Of a stretch of 32,000 bases of DNA, positions 30,224 through 32,000 are shown one piece after another. The stretch is taken from positions 150,001 through 182,000 of the forward strand of contig CP065016.1 in NCBI GenBank assembly GCA_016700375.1, in the 5' to 3' direction. Both the position numbers and the translations under genes were made by a program. Every line of letters starts with the position of its first letter. Position 1 is the stretch's first letter. Origin of the DNA: Candidatus Saccharimonadota bacterium (GTDB taxonomy: Bacteria > Patescibacteriota > Saccharimonadia > Saccharimonadales > UBA4665). Below the pieces are notes generated by a model that searched no databases, was not told the DNA's origin, and saw nothing but the letters and a program-made list of their open reading frames with translations.

Positions 30224-30955
30224 TTAGGTTTTGTCGCTAGTGCCTATTCGAGATTGTCGAGGATGGGCGGTGCGCGGGAGTACGTACAGTCCAAGACTGA
30301 GGGCAAATATCACTGCAAAACCGCACATGACGCTCGGTACAGCATTAATAAACTCTGGGTTAATCGTGTTTGCAATAGCCACGGGTACCATGAAACCAAG
30401 ATAGCCTGCCGTGAGACCAAGCAACGCTTGTTTAGTTCGCTGGGAACTCACTTTACGGGCCAAGTATATGGATGCTGCAACTACCAGGAGCTCAAGTCCG
30501 TAGTAGTACAGCGTATACCACGACGTTGCGTAATTGCTGGTTTTGAAGATAACGTAGTTACCGCCGCAGGTCGTGGCAGAAATACCATTGGCCGCGAACA
30601 GGAAATATCCCATAAAAACAAACATGGAGCCGTAGCTTAGCGCAAGCAGCCACGGTACCTTTTGTTTGGCAATGACGCTCAATAGGTGTATGCCAAGCGC
30701 CGGTAACGCCGTTATGGCTACGTAGCCAATCTTTGCCCACGTCAGTTGCGACAAGCCGAATAATCCTTCGCATATTGTGTACTCGGCCAACTGAAACACA
30801 GCGAGACATACAAATGTAGCTACCGAAAGCTGCACCAGTCGGCTCATTCGGTACCGCCACAAGGTCCACAGCGCCAATCCAATTTCAATTAGGAAGGTCG
30901 CCATCATAACTGGCGGTGAAAAACAGAAAAATGTCGATTTATTACGGCGTTGCAT
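30224..30955 (-). CDS. integral membrane protein (about 7 predicted TM segments), unknown function
   Basis: 243 aa with repeated hydrophobic ~20-aa stretches. TAATG junction with rdgB. Confidence 0.6.
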   Translation of the reverse strand: MQRRNKSTFFCFSPPVMMATFLIEIGLALWTLWRYRMSRLVQLSVATFVCLAVFQLAEYTICEGLFGLSQLTWAKIGYVAITALPALGIHLLSVIAKQKVPWLLALSYGSMFVFMGYFLFAANGISATTCGGNYVIFKTSNYATSWYTLYYYGLELLVVAASIYLARKVSSQRTKQALLGLTAGYLGFMVPVAIANTINPEFINAVPSVMCGFAVIFALSLGLYVLPRTAHPRQSRIGTSDKT

Positions 30956-31506
30956 TAGGATAGTATCTCATACAGTTCTTTAATGGGGCGAATAGCCCGG
31001 TAGACTTCATCATATTCATCTTGGTTCAGCTCGGCACGGGTGCGTCCGCCGTAGCCATCCGGACAAAAAATACTATCCCAACCGTATGAAAAACCGTTAG
31101 TCCCTAGTGGGTGTTCGGCAATTTCACCGCGGATTTCACCATGCAGTATGGTCATCTTTTTGCCGTCATAGAGCCCAAAATACGCTCGGGCGGTTGCTCG
31201 GCGGCTCGGGAGGCCATCGGCCATGCGACACAAGTTTTCCGCACCGTTTTTAGCACCTACAAAAAACTTTATGAATGGTCCTGGCAGACCATCGAGCTCA
31301 TCAAACCACATCGATACATCGTCCACAAGCACTGCGGCATGTAACGCCCTGTAGGCTTCTTTTGCTTTGTGTCTGATAACGTCATCCATATGTAATGACT
31401 GAAGTTCATCGAGTTCAATATTTTTGTGAGCGAGCGGTACACCCAGTATACGCGACAAATTATCGGCTTTGTCCTGGTTGCCCGTAATAAATGTGACCAA
31501 TTTCAT
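30955..31506 (-). CDS. rdgB: non-canonical purine NTP pyrophosphatase (HAM1/RdgB family)
   Basis: FITGNQDKADN N-terminal motif, ..DELDGLPGPFIKFF.., ..NGFSYGWDSIFCP... Confidence 0.8.
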   Translation of the reverse strand: MKLVTFITGNQDKADNLSRILGVPLAHKNIELDELQSLHMDDVIRHKAKEAYRALHAAVLVDDVSMWFDELDGLPGPFIKFFVGAKNGAENLCRMADGLPSRRATARAYFGLYDGKKMTILHGEIRGEIAEHPLGTNGFSYGWDSIFCPDGYGGRTRAELNQDEYDEVYRAIRPIKELYEILS

Positions 31507-31511
31507 TCGTA

Positions 31512-31523
31512 CTAGTATACTAG
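31512..31523. promoter_or_regulatory. palindromic shared -10 region of two divergent leaderless genes
   Basis: CTAGTATACTAG is a perfect 12-bp palindrome in a 21-bp divergent gap. TATACT reads on both strands, 6 nt before ATG 31528 (+) and 7 nt before ATG 31506 (-). A + strand -35 GTGACC lies at 31493-31498 with a 17-nt spacer. Confidence 0.5.
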
Positions 31524-31527
31524 AAGC

Positions 31528-31851
31528 ATGGGTTTAGAATTTACAAATATTCCAGATAGAACTGGGCCAGCCGTGTATATATTTGGCGATGGCACCTCAC
31601 AAACAGAACAACGCTTGATAGCATACGGCCAAGAAATTGATGGTCTGACCCCAGATGAAACCCAAGTCGTTTTTCTTGACCCGCAGCGAGGAGACGGGCT
31701 TCGGGTAAAGGAGTTTTACGGCCTGACATCATTTCCATCTGTACTTATAGTGATGGATGACGACACCGTAAACCAGCTCTGGAGCGTTCAACTTCCCCCA
31801 GCAGACCAGGTGTCATATGCACTCAGCCAAGTAAACGGTTCCATGCGCTAG
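31528..31851 (+). CDS. hypothetical protein (107 aa)
   Basis: Track ORF with no motif I can name. It overlaps the convergent ligA stop by 4 nt (CTAG). Confidence 0.5.
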   Translation: MGLEFTNIPDRTGPAVYIFGDGTSQTEQRLIAYGQEIDGLTPDETQVVFLDPQRGDGLRVKEFYGLTSFPSVLIVMDDDTVNQLWSVQLPPADQVSYALSQVNGSMR

Positions 31852-32000
31852 AGCAGAGCCAGAAATGTTGCTTCGTCGATAATCTGCGTACCGTAGGCTT
31901 GGGCTTTTTTGAGCTTACTTGCGCCAACTTTGCCGCCTGCTACCAGGTAGGTTGTGTCTTTTGCGACAGCAGTTTGGAACGAACCACCTTGGGCGCGAAT
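31848..32000 (-). CDS. ligA: NAD-dependent DNA ligase, C-terminal BRCT domain (partial, runs off the window end)
   Basis: Minus-strand translation IRAQGGSFQTAVAKDTTYLVAGGKVGASKLKKAQAYGTQIIDEATFLALL* matches the LigA BRCT tail pattern (..SVSKKTdYLVaGe.aGSKl.KA.elGv.IldE..F..ll). Confidence 0.7.
   Translation of the reverse strand: MRAQGGSFQTAVAKDTTYLVAGGKVGASKLKKAQAYGTQIIDEATFLALL

Overview
This 32-kb chromosomal segment reads like a small-genome Patescibacteria/CPR bacterium, plausibly Saccharibacteria-like. That placement is an inference from gene content, the lack of rpmD, r-protein tail extensions and mid-range GC, not a database result. Layout: (1) 1-13.5 kb, + strand: the S10/spc/alpha ribosomal supercluster rplV-rpsC-rplP-rpmC-rpsQ-rplN-rplX-rplE-rpsN-rpsH-rplF-rplR-rpsE-rplO | secY | infA-rpmJ-rpsM-rpsK-rpsD-rpoA-rplQ-rplM-rpsI, with no rpmD, adk or map. 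(2) 13.5-19.8 kb, + strand: an orphan ORF, a SAM methyltransferase, an attenuator-like leader followed by a 57-aa ORF, a TyrA-like dehydrogenase and trpS, then a GIY-YIG ORF, an rluD-like gene, a holB-like gene and a TPR protein. (3) 19.8-21.4 kb: tRNA-Thr(UGU), a PD-(D/E)XK nuclease ORF, tRNA-Tyr, a small CxxC ORF, tRNA-Thr(GGU) split by a ~203-nt group I intron, a candidate sRNA, and rpmG. (4) 21.4-29.1 kb, - strand: an alpha-glucan cluster (GT-B synthase, GH57, GH15) and the oxidative pentose-phosphate operon pgl-gnd-zwf. (5) 29.1-32 kb: tRNA-Trp, a PaaX/Cas2-fold regulator bracketed by 34-bp palindromes, a membrane protein, rdgB, a small ORF and the ligA 3' end. The most unusual signals are these. 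(a) Almost every intercistronic gap of the r-protein operon, and one gap in the glucan operon, is filled by a 105-160 nt module: two roughly complementary arms of tandem 7-nt units followed by a conserved Shine-Dalgarno tail. (b) A compact group I intron sits after U36 of tRNA-Thr(GGU), next to a free-standing, AT-rich PD-(D/E)XK nuclease ORF that resembles intron-homing enzymes. (c) A leaderless 22-codon Tyr-Trp-Tyr leader peptide with mutually exclusive antiterminator and terminator helices lies upstream of the trpS operon. (d) Genes at the start of operons consistently have a -10 box 6-8 nt before the ATG and look leaderless, while internal cistrons carry strong GAAAGGAG sites. (e) Several small palindrome- or inverted-repeat-bracketed cassettes are present. 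Every functional interpretation of these signals is inference from sequence reading only; no searches or folding programs were run.
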